A stretch of DNA of 40,085 nucleotides from Cyanophora paradoxa CCMP329 (lineage: Eukaryota > Plantae > Glaucophyta), in NCBI GenBank assembly GCA_004431415.1, contig QPMI01000333.1, positions 1 to 40,085 on the forward strand, read 5' to 3'. The stretch's first letter is position 1. Every line of letters begins with the position of its first letter. Under the pieces are notes generated by a model. The model saw nothing but the letters and a program-made list of their open reading frames with translations. It was not told the DNA's origin and searched no databases. Made by a program: the position numbers and the translations under genes. Shown here in pieces: positions 1-10,100 of this stretch.

Positions 1-620
1 AACTCCGGATCCAGCGAAAGGCGAGGTGCAGGCGCAGAGCAGCGAGGAATTCGAAGGCGCGGGTCAAGTCCTCTAGAAACTTCGGCGCGACGACGCCCAG
101 CCCCCGTTGATCCTCGTCGCTCGGCAGCGAAGGCAAGAATCCCTTGAATAGCACGCGAAACCTGAGTTGACCGCGAGCTCCCGGCAGCCCGCCAGAGCGC
201 CGCTCCGTGCGCGAGCGGTGACCCTATCCAGGCGCGCGCTTTCTGAGCTTGATCAGCTGCTCTAGCGCTAGCGCTGCTTGATCAAAAACTGCAGCCTGCA
301 GAGCTGCAGCTAGCAAGGCCTAGGACCGCACATGCATGCTCGCGGCAAGGGTCGCATGCTCGAGCTCGCGCGCAGCTGCACGCTCGAGAGAAGCCGCCGG
401 AAGCGACGATGTAATAACCACGGACGTCACGTCTCGTACGTCTACACCAGCTCGTCCGGGATCCGGCAGGAAAGCAAAATGGTTGACGCCGCTCGCGCCT
501 GCCTCGCCGCTCCAGCCTGTCCCGGATGCGGCTAATGAGGCTGCTGCTGCTGCTGAGCCCGGCGGGCTCGAGCTCGAGGGCTCTCCCATACGCGCTCGCT
601 TCTTCACTCGCTGCTTGCAT
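1..620 (-). pseudogene. Possible degenerate F-box/LRR-family gene fragment, divergent from UROD
   Basis: Minus-strand frames give KKRARMGEPSSS...NHFAFLPD (F-box-like start, cf. SERPSKRA...LP in the paralogs) and LDRVTARARSGALAGCRELAV (cf. LERLVREGRL/LAGRCRSV). The frames are broken by stops and I found no clean splice model. Confidence 0.2.
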
Positions 621-773
621 CTCTCGGCTGCGTGCCGCAGTGATGTGATCCCGCTCTGCTCGACGAGCCGCACTCGACCGGGCGACACGATCAGCGCCGC
701 CCGCACGCGCGCCTGTGCTCGCTGAGTCGTGGTCGCGCCCTTCGCGCCGTACCCCCCTTCAAAGAATCAGAAG

Positions 774-3000
774 ATGGAGGCGTTCGCCACTCCCGCTCCG
801 GCAGTTCGTGCGGTTCAGGTGCCGTCCAGCGAGAACGTTGCCGGGTGCGCATCCTGCCTTCCTCGCGTCCCAATCACTCCGCCGCCACCTTGACGCGGCG
901 CCCTACGCAGCTCTTCGCGGGTCCTGCTGAGCAGCTTCGCCGGCCGCAAGCTCAGCAAGCACGCACAGCGCTCCTCGCGCGCCCAGCCGACCTTCAGCTA
1001 CGGCCATGTTCAGACCGTCGCCGTCCAGGCCGCCCCCGCCCAGGCCAGCGGCCAGTCCTCGTCGTCCCAAGGTCGGCAAGGGACCGCTTCGAGTCCCGGG
1101 GGACGCTCCGCCCCGCCTCACCGCCGAGCCGCCCCGCCGCAGAGCCGCTCATCATCCGCGCGATGCGCGGCGAGGAGACGGAGCGCGTTCCCGTGTGGCT
1201 GATGCGCCAGGCCGGCCGCTACATGAAGGTTCGCAGGCTCGCGGGCCGCGGCGCAGCCGCCCCGCGCCGCCGCCGCGGCGCCGCCGCCCCGCGCAGTCCG
1301 AGCCGGCGCGCAGGAGTACCGGGACGTGAGCTCGCGGCACTCGTTCCGCGAGAAGTCGGAGAACGCGGACATCGCGACGGAGCTGGCGCTGCAGCCGTGG
1401 AACGCGTACCGCCCGGACGCCGTCATCCTCTTCTCCGACATCCTCACCCCGCTCGCCGGTCCGCCCGCCCGCCCGCCCTCACCGCCGCCCCGCGCCCCGC
1501 GCCCCGCGCGCGGATCGGATCAGGATCGAATCTGGCTTCTTACGCCCGTACCCCGCCCTCCCCCGCCGCAGGCATGGGCATCGACTTCGACATCATCAAG
1601 GGGAAGGGCCCCCGCATCATGGACCCGATCCGCAGCCGCGCCCAGATCGACAAGCTCCGGCCCCTCGACCCCGAGTCCGATATGCACTTCGTCGGCGGCT
1701 GCCTCCGCAACCTCAAGAAGGAGGTCCGCCCCCCCGCCCGCGCCCCCGTACCCCTCACGCCGCGTCTCCGCGTACCCCTGAGCCCCCTCTCCCCACCCGC
1801 AGGTCGGCAACGACGCCGGCGTCCTCGGCTTCGTCGGCGCTCCCTGGTACCCCCCCCGCACCCCTCCCTCCCTTCTTCCCCTCCCTCCCCTGTCCCCCGA
1901 CCGCCCCCCGCTTTCCCGCAGGACCCTGGCGGCCTACTCGGTCGAGGGCAAGAGCTCCAACATGCTCACCAACGTGAAGGCGCGCCGCGCCTGTACCCCC
2001 GCTTCGCCCCTCCCCTCCGGCTCCTCTGATCGTCTACCCCCCAGGGCCTTGCCTTCTCGGACCCGAAGACGTTCCACGCGCTCCTCGCGCACATCTCCGA
2101 GTCCATCGCGCGCTACGTCTGCTACCAGATCGAGAACGGCGCCCAGGTCCGTTCGTGCCGTACCCCCCGCTCCTCCTCCCCCCGGTGTACTGCATTCTTC
2201 GAGCGGCCTGACGCTTCGCGTGCGCGCAGGCTGTTCAGATCTTCGACTCGTGGGCGGGCCAGCTGGGTCCCAAGGACTGGTCTGAGTTCAGCCTCCCCTA
2301 CATCCAGGTGCCCCCGCCCCGCGCCCCCCGGATCCGCCCCTCGTCGGATTCGATCCCGGGTCGCCCGCAGGAGATCGTGCGGCACGTGAAGGCCAAGCAC
2401 CCGACCGTGCCCCTCATCATGTTTGCCAACCAGGTACCCCCCTGCCCCCCCCCCACCCCCCCTTTTCCAACTCGGAGCTGACGCCCGTACCCCTCCCCGC
2501 CAGGGCGGCGGCCTCCTCGAGCTCATGAACGAGACGGGGGTACGCCCCCTCGTCCCATCCACCGCAACCCGTACCCCCCTCGCTGAACCCCGTACCCCCC
2601 TTTTCCAGGTTGACGTCGTCTCCCTCGACTGGATGGTCGACATGGCGGAGGCGCGCCAGCGCCTCGGCGCCAACGTGCCCGTCCAGGTACCCCCCTCTCG
2701 CTCTCCTCCCGTACCCCCCTCCCCCTGAAGCCGTACCCCCCCCCCGCAGGGCAACGTGGACCCGGCGGCGCTCTTCGGCTCGCACGAGTTCATCACCGAG
2801 CGCGTCCTGGACACCATCCGCAAGGCGAGGCCCGCCCCCACGGCTAGGCGAGCTCACCTGACGCGCCCCCCCCCCCCCCCTCGCAGGCGGGGCGGAAGGG
2901 CCACGTGATGAACCTGGGCCACGGGATCATCAAGGAGACGCCGGTGGAGAACGTGCAGCACTTCGTCGAGGTCACCAAGCGCGCCCACGAGATTCTCTGA
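774..3000 (+). CDS. hemE: Uroporphyrinogen III decarboxylase, plastid-targeted; 14 exons
   Basis: Spliced product contains [51 protein letters not shown] and HVMNLGHGI, ending at TGA 2998-3000. Introns: 845-910, 1072-1142, 1229-1313, 1459-1571, 1724-1802, 1847-1921, 1980-2044 (GC-AG), 2147-2229, 2308-2370, 2434-2503, 2540-2608, 2687-2749, 2825-2886 (GC-AG). The N-terminus MEAFATPAP...SSFAGRKL is Ser/Ala/Arg-rich, like a transit peptide. Confidence 0.97.
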
Positions 3001-3207
3001 GCCGAGGGGCGGAAGGCGCGCGTGCGGCCGGCCGGCCGGCCGGCAGGGCGCCCGGGGCCTCTTTTCTCTCTTAGGCCATCGTAGGCGATCTCGACGAGCT
3101 CGCGGGAGCCGCAGCAGCAGTCTCCATACATGAGCAGGTCTGTAGAAAGCAGTGCAACTAGGACAATCTCGATCGAAAGACCGACTAGGAAAACAGCGCA
3201 ACTAATC

Positions 3208-3300
3208 CCGGGGGGAAGGTGGGGGGGAGGGGAGGGAGACGGAGAGGGGGGGGGAGGGGGGGAGGGGAGGGGGGGGGGGGGGGGGGCGGGGGCGGGAGGC
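3208..3300 (+). repeat. About 90-bp G-rich polypurine tract (G-quadruplex-capable) between convergent genes
   Basis: Successive runs of 3 to more than 15 G, separated mostly by single A or C. Confidence 0.8.
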
Positions 3301-3342
3301 ACGCCAGGCGGAGTCAAGCCCTGGTGCAAGACTCAGCCATGA

Positions 3343-4388
3343 TCAGCAGTAATCCCTCGCGTCTTCGCCGCAGACGTGGTGCGCGTAGCAGTAGTAGGTG
3401 CCCTCGCAGCAGAGGCGATTGCAGATCTCGCCGGGCTCCTTGCCGTGCGTCAGGTCTTCGCCGGGCTCTGCCGGGGGCGCCTCCTTCTCGTTCTCGGCCC
3501 GAGGATCGCCCCAGGTACGGTAGTTCATGTTCCTCTTCAGAATCCGCCGGCAGCGCCGCGGGGCGTGGTCCGGGCAGAAGCCGGTGTCGTGGAAGTCATC
3601 ATAGGCGCCCAGGCTGATTTCGGCAGACGTGCGGTCGTTGCAGATGTCGCAGCTCGTCAGCTCTCCGCGGTGGTCCTCGCAGAAGAGCCTCGCAGAAGAG
3701 CCTGCGCGAGCCGGGCGTCGGCGCGCTTCAGATGGAGAGTCTTTAGCTAAGGTTGCTCTCAGCTTTTCGAACCTGCCGCAGCCTTCCGAACAGCAGCAGT
3801 GCGGCGGCCGCCAATCGGTGTCGGCGTACTCGTGCTCTTCGTCGGCACAGAGGAGCTCGCCGCAGCCCTTGTCGGACGAGCACTTGGCGAGCCAGCACGT
3901 CCGCGGGGGGTCCTCCTCGTCGTCGGGGCACGGCCCGCGCACGCGGCCGCGGTCGTCAGACTCGTACGCGTCCTCGTCAGAAGCGGCGGTCGCATCTGGA
4001 TCTGCATCTGGATCTGATTCTTCTGTAGCTGCAGCTGCTTGCTCATGATCATGATCAGCGCTAGCGGCCTTGGCCTCCGGATCCGCAGCAGCGGCAGCGG
4101 CCAGCGCGCCTTCATGCGCAACTAGATTGGGCAGAATCATGATCAGCCGCCGCCGGCAAACCGCGAAAAGCAGTCGCTCACCTTGGCGCGCACTAGTACT
4201 AGTACTGTCGACGTCCTGGCGCTGGGCACGGTCGAGCTCGCGGTCGGCGGCTGCGGCCGGCCCATTCATGATCACCTTGCAATTGCAAAAAGCAGTCGCT
4301 CACCTTGGTCATGGCCATATGCATGCTCGCGCTCCACGATATCGATCGGCGCGCCCTCGACCTCCCCAAGCTTGCGTTTCCGCATCAT
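3343..4388 (-). CDS. Unknown Cys/His-rich (putative Zn-binding) protein with N-terminal basic motif and acidic linker; 3 exons
   Basis: ATG at 4388 (MMRKRKLGEV...). Phase-compatible GT-AG introns at 4303-4251 and 4181-4122. The long last exon has CWLAKC..GCGELLC, HCCCSEGC, FCEDH, CDIC, FCPDH and CNRLCC..YYCYAHHVC. Confidence 0.65.
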
Positions 4389-4589
4389 TCCGGATCGGAC
4401 AAGTCGAACGATGTCACTGCAAATGTAGAGCGGCGCTACCGGTATCGCTATAGCTATAGCTAGCCAGGCTTTGAAATTTTCTGAACGTGAAATTCGTACC
4501 CCGGCCGCGCGGCCAGCCTGGGGCCAGGCGGCGGCTCCGTGCGATATCGCCGAGTCGATCACCTTGGCGCGGCCAGCTCGTGCGGCTCG

Positions 4590-6373
4590 ATGCTCGGCTT
4601 GGAGTCGCTCCCGCGGGACCTCCTCGTCCAGATCTGCGTCGCGCTGGGACCCGTCGACGTGCACCGGGCGCGGCGGGCGTGCTGTGCCCTCCGCGACGCG
4701 GCGGGCGAGGCGCGCTGGCACGGCGCCGCGATCTCGATCCAGCTGGACGCCAGCTGCAGCTGGGCGCTGCAGCTCGACTCGCTCGAGCGCCTGGCGCAGG
4801 CGGGGCGGCTGGGAGCCCCCTCCGGAGTCGCGATCTCCGGTCTTCAGCTAAAGCCGCGGCCCGAACGCGAGCGCGGGGCGGGCGGGCAGCCGGAGGGCCT
4901 CCTCGCGGCGCTGGCGGGGCTTGGCGCCCTACGCAGCGCGCGGCTCGAGTGCGGCGCCGCGCAGCGCGAGGACGGCGATCAGGAGCGCGCGGCTGCGCGC
5001 GCGGCCCTTCTGGTCGGAGCGCTGCGCGCCCTTCGACCGGCCGAAGCTTTGCAGCCGAGCCCCGGAGCCGGCGCCGGCCCGCCCAGCGGACCGCTCCGCA
5101 GCTTCTCCTTCGCGTGCGCACCGGCGGAGGACGCCGACGCCGACGGGCGGCCGGCGTTGCCGCCCGGGGCCTGGGGGCCCCTCCTAGAGGCTCTGGGGCT
5201 CCACCCCGCGCTGGAGGAGCTCAACGTACCCCTTCCTCCGCCCCCCGGCGGCGCGGGGTGGCTGGCGGCGCTCTCGGACCGTCTACCCGCCCTGCGCCTC
5301 TTCGCCCTTGACCGCCCAGAGTCCCTGCCCGGACTCGCCGGGGCTGCCTCCCTCCGGGAACTGCGCCTACCCCCCTTTCCCGAGCCCGCCCTCGCCGCCG
5401 GCCTCGCCTCCCTGGGGGGTACGCCCGCCGGCGACTCCCTGCGCGCCCTCGTCTTTCCGTGCGGCGTACCCCCCTCCCTCTTCCCCCCCCTTCTCCTTGA
5501 CGGCGCCGCAGCCCCGATTCCGTTCTGGAGTGCACGGGGTCCTTGGCCCGTGCCCTCGCCTCCTTCCCCCGCCTCGAGCGCGTCGCCGGCTGGCTCAAGG
5601 TACCCCCTCCCCCTCCTCTCCCCCCTCCCCCCGCCTCCCCCTCACTGTACCCCCTCCGCAGCTGCGGGTCGCCTCGGCCGCGGACGGCGTGGGCGTCGAG
5701 TGCTTCCGGGCCCTCCTACGCCTGCCCGCCCTCGCCTCCCTCCAGGTGACCGTTCCCCAAGCCCGGAGACCGTTCACCTGAGCTCACCTGAGCTCACATG
5801 AGCCGACGGCGGCAGCTGCGCCTGCAGTGCCTGGAGCACGTGCGGGCCCTCCCCGGCGCCCTCCGCGGGGCCCCCGCCCTCCGCGCCCTCGACCTCCACG
5901 TCCGCGTAGGTGCGAACGAAGTCACCGAGTCTACCCCCCCCCGGGCTTCCCCCCCCCCCCCCACTTCTGACGCCCACGCCAGGGACCGCCTGCGTCCGGA
6001 GCGGCCCGCGGGCGCCCTCAGCCTTTGGGGACCTCCTCGCGGCGGCGGCGGCGGGCGCGGCGGCCACGGGCGCCCTCCGGTCGCTCGAGCTCTCCGCCCC
6101 GCTGGACGCCCCCGCCGCCGCCGCCCTCGCCGCCGCCCTCGGGCCCCGCTCCTCCCCCCCTCCGCAGTCGCGGTCCGCATCGCCGTACCCGTCGCGGACG
6201 AAGAGAGCCTCGAGGCGCGCCTGCGGGAGCTGCGCCCCCTGGCGCCCCTCGGCCCCCGCCTGCGCCTCGCCGTGAGCGCCGGCCCCGACCCCGACCCGGC
6301 GCTGCAGGCCGCCGCCCGGGCCGCCTTCGGAGGGGCCCTCCCGGGCGCGGTCGTCGCGTTTTTTTGCAGTTGA
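4590..6373 (+). CDS. F-box protein with LRR-like C-terminus (distant relative of the array family)
   Basis: MLGLESLPRDLLVQICVALGPVDVHRARRACCALRDAA is an F-box. LxxLxL repeats follow (LEELNV, LRELRL, LASLQV, LRALDL, LRSLEL). 3' introns and C-run frame slips make exon boundaries uncertain. Confidence 0.7.
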
Positions 6374-6543
6374 GCACGCCGGCGCCTAGCTGTACACGTT
6401 CATGTTCATGATCACGCCTTTTTAGTCGACTGCGAACTCGGAACCTTAAGAGCTCGCGAAGTGCAGGGTGAGATCATCGGATCTAGATGATGCACTCACT
6501 TGGTGAGCATTCAAAGAGCAGGGTGAGACGATTCACTTACCGC

Positions 6544-6630
6544 GGTCACGGACTGCAATGACTCGGTCGACGTCCGACGGTCACGGACTGCAATGACTCG
6601 GTCACGGACTGCAATGACTCGGTCACGGGA
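6544..6630. repeat. 21-bp minisatellite GGTCACGGACTGCAATGACTC x3 plus a partial copy
   Basis: Copies at 6544, 6579 and 6600, partial at 6621, with a 14-bp interruption GGTCGACGTCCGAC after the first copy. Confidence 0.9.
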
Positions 6631-7170
6631 CCGCATTGCCAGTTGATCATAATATGCGATCATATGCATGATCATGACATTGCAAGCCTTGAAGCTTTAA
6701 TTTGAGGAGCGATCATGCCATGATGACGTCCGACGGTCGACGGGAACGGAGTTAAATTGAAGAGCCTCCCGAGTCTTGATCCAATGATCGATATGTCCGC
6801 AGGTTCGCATCCGACCTTCAACATTCAATGCATATGATCATGATCCGAGTTCGAGCGAGCGAAGCCTGAAGCTACGTACGCGTAAATGTACTACCGTAGT
6901 ACGGTATCGTAGGCTCCTGACCATGCCGCCGACACACGCTCTCTAGATCTTTCGAACTAAACTTGAAAGTCGAACCACGGCTGCTCACGAATTGCCGCGA
7001 TCACGATCAGTGCGAGTTCTGAGGGCATTCCTTGCCAATTCCAACTGATTTCAAATTTGAAATCACGGGACCGAATCTCAGTCAAGAGAGTCTGAGCTAC
7101 GCCCAATCGCGAGCAGCCTCGCGGCTGCGCCTACGCTACCCTACCCATGTCTAATCTTGCAAATTCAGGC

Positions 7171-10100
7171 TCAGGTGAACTTGAGGCTCCCCTCGATGAG
7201 CGACATGTATATGGAGACCTGCGGGGAGGGGGTACGCGATCAGCGGTCCGGGGGTACAGAGAATGGGGCGCGAAAATAAAAGGGGCGGGGTACCTGGGAG
7301 AGGGTCTTGGAGCCGAGGAGCCACTCGCGCCACAGGGCGATCTTGGCCTGGTCCCGGGGCCAGGCCTCGTACGCCCCGATGTTCTTCACGGGGGGCACCG
7401 AGAGCAGGTACTGCGAACGAAGGGGTGAGACGGGAGGGGGGTACGGTATATTCGATGCCTGGGGGGTACCTCGGCGTCCTCGTGGGCGAAGAGCTTGTCG
7501 CAGATTTCGAGGACGCACTGCGCGAGCTCCAGCGGGGAGCTGGCGGCCGTGAGGGCCTGGAGCCAGCGCGCGCGGGGGTCCGAGCCCCGCCCGCTGCCCC
7601 GCCGCGGGCCCCAGAGCCCGTCGGCCGCCGCCAGGCCGCGGGGCGTGAGCGCCGGGTCGCCGGCCGAGGAGGTCGCGTGCGGGGCGCTCCCCATGCGGAA
7701 CGAGTCGGAGATGCGCCGCTCGAGGGTCAGCACGCGCCGCTTGAGGCGCTCCAGAGTCGCTCGGGTCGCCCACGCCGGCGCCCCGCCCCGCCCCCGCCCC
7801 CGTTCCCGCCCCCGCCCGCGTCCCCGCCGGCCGAGGGGAGGCCTGCTGCTGCGGGCTGCCGACGGCGATGGCGGCGGCGGCGGCGGCCGTCGCGGCCCCC
7901 TCCTCCTCGCGCTCCCTGAGGCGCTCGAGCTCGCGCTCGCGCTCCTGCTCGGCGGCGCGGCTGCCGGCGGCGCGGCGGCGCGTCGAGGGCGGGCCGCCCA
8001 CCCAGCCCATCTCCTGCGCCCAGCGCGCCACGTCCGACGTGCTGCTCGACGCCGGGCCCAGTAGGGCGGCCTCGAGCGAGTCGGAGGAGCCGGCGGAGCG
8101 GAGGCTGTGCCGCGCGGCCAGCTGCGCGAGGAGCCCCCGCGGGGGCTTCGTCCCGGCCGCCGCCTCCACGCTCCGTAAGCCGGCCTCGATGGCCTCGCGG
8201 TGCCGCTCAATCGCCCCCCGCAGCGCCGCCTCGCGAAGGCCCCGCGGCATCAGGTACTCCAGCAGCCTGCGCGGGGAGGGGGGTACTCAGGTACTCATCA
8301 GAAGCAGAGGGGGGGGGGTACGCGTCCCGCACGCACCGCTCGAGCTCGGCCTTCTCCGAGACGACGGACCAGCGCTCCTCGAGCCTCCGCCCGGCCTCGT
8401 CCACCCGCTCCACCTGCCGGGTACGGTGAGACAAGGTCCGGGGCGGGGGGGGGATTAGAAGTGGGGGGGGTACCTCCTCGAGGTAGAGGAAGCGGCGCTG
8501 GAGAGGGTCCTCGCTGCAGTTGTCGACGGCGGTCGCGAAGGCGAGCCGCGCCGCCGGCGAGGGCGAGGGCGGGCGCGCGCGCGCCGGCGCCGCCGCCTCC
8601 GACGAGGCCGAGGCCTGCGCCGGGGACTGCGCCGGGGCAGACTCCGAAGCGGTACCCTCGGCTTCCACGGCGGGGGCCGCCGCCGCTGCCGCCGCCGCCG
8701 GGGCGGCCGAGGGCGAGGGGGGCGGGGAGGGGTCGTCGGCCATGGGGGCGTCGGGCGACGACGGCCGCTCCGGGGGCGGCGTACCCCCCCGGCCCTCGTC
8801 CCCCGCCTCGTCCGCGAAGCCGCGCGCGGGGAGCGCGGCGTACCCCGCCAGCAACCAGTACCGGTTGAAGAAGCGGTCGGTGCCCAGCGGGACGGCCCGT
8901 GCGTACGTCCGCTCCACCTCAGCCGTTGCGTCCCGGATCCGCGCGTTCAGCTGCGGGCGCGCCCTTAGCTTACTTCAGAGACTCACGAACTTCGTAGGGG
9001 CGCACGTGGTTGAGCTCGTTCTGGACGGTGCGGAGCTCGTGGGCGGGGTCGTGGCGCGCGTGGGCGCCCGGCGCCGGACCCTCGCCCTTGTCCGAGGCGT
9101 CCCGCGCCGCCTCCGCCTCGGCCAGGCGCTTGAGGCAGGCGGCGCGCGAGCCGAGGAGGTCCTCCAGGATGCCCCGCGCCGCCGTGTTCTTCTCCTGCGC
9201 GGAGCGCCCCGGTCAGCTTTGAGCCGAGGTTCGTTCCGCTCGGCCTCGGCCTTCGTTCGCACCACGCAGTCGTCGCAGTGCTTGCGGTAGCGGTCCGTCT
9301 CCGCACACTCGTCGCAGAGGTACCGCAGCGCCGCCAGGCGCGCCTGATCCGCCGTCAGGAGGCCGAGCGGGATGGGGGGAGGAAGGGACGGAGGGGCGGT
9401 GGACCTCGACGGGCAGCTCGTAGTACTCCTTCTCCTCGAGCATGTTGGCTGGGCGCGGCGCGGTTAGACGGGGAAGAAGAGGGAGGAGCCGGGCGGCGTC
9501 GCACCGATCCACTCGAGCTGCTGGTAGGACTGGGGCACCTGCTCGGGCTCTGCCCGCCGCTTGCGCTTCCGCGGCGGAGCGGAGGCGCCCTCGGCGCCGT
9601 CCTCAGCGACGCCGGCGGGGCCCGAAGGGACGAGCCGCTGCTCCTCGTCGTCCGCCCCGCCGTCCTCGTCCTCATCGCCGCCCTCCTCGGGCTCGGACTC
9701 GGTCACCCACTCCTCCTCGCTCATCGCCTCCTCCTCCTCCTCCTCCTGGCCCTCCTCCTTCTTCACCTTGCCGTCCGCTGCCGCCGCGCCCCCCTCCTCT
9801 TCCTCCTCCTTCTTGACGGGCGCCGGCGGCGCCGCCGGGCCGGCGCCCGGCTGCGCCGGAGTGGCGCCGGGGACGGGCGCCGGCGCGGGCGCCGGCGGGG
9901 CCTCCGCGTCGCCCTCGGGCGGGGCCGGCCGCCGGGGCCGCCGGTGCCGCGGGCGCCGCGGCGGAAGGTTGTAGTACATGGCCCGCTGGAAAGACAACGA
10001 CTCAGAAAGAAGAAGAGGAAAGAAAGAAAGAGAAAGAGGAAGGACCTGGAAGCGGAGGGCGGCGTGGAGCTCGTAGCGGAGCGACTCGGGCCAGTTGTCC

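Noticed and set aside
6530-6545. U1 snRNA 5' end (ACTTACC)
   Set aside because: The match is only 7 nt, and no U1 stem-loops or Sm site follow.
6544-6630. CRISPR-like repeat array
   Set aside because: The repeats are head-to-tail with only one 14-bp interruption, there are no unique spacers or cas genes, and the context is eukaryotic.
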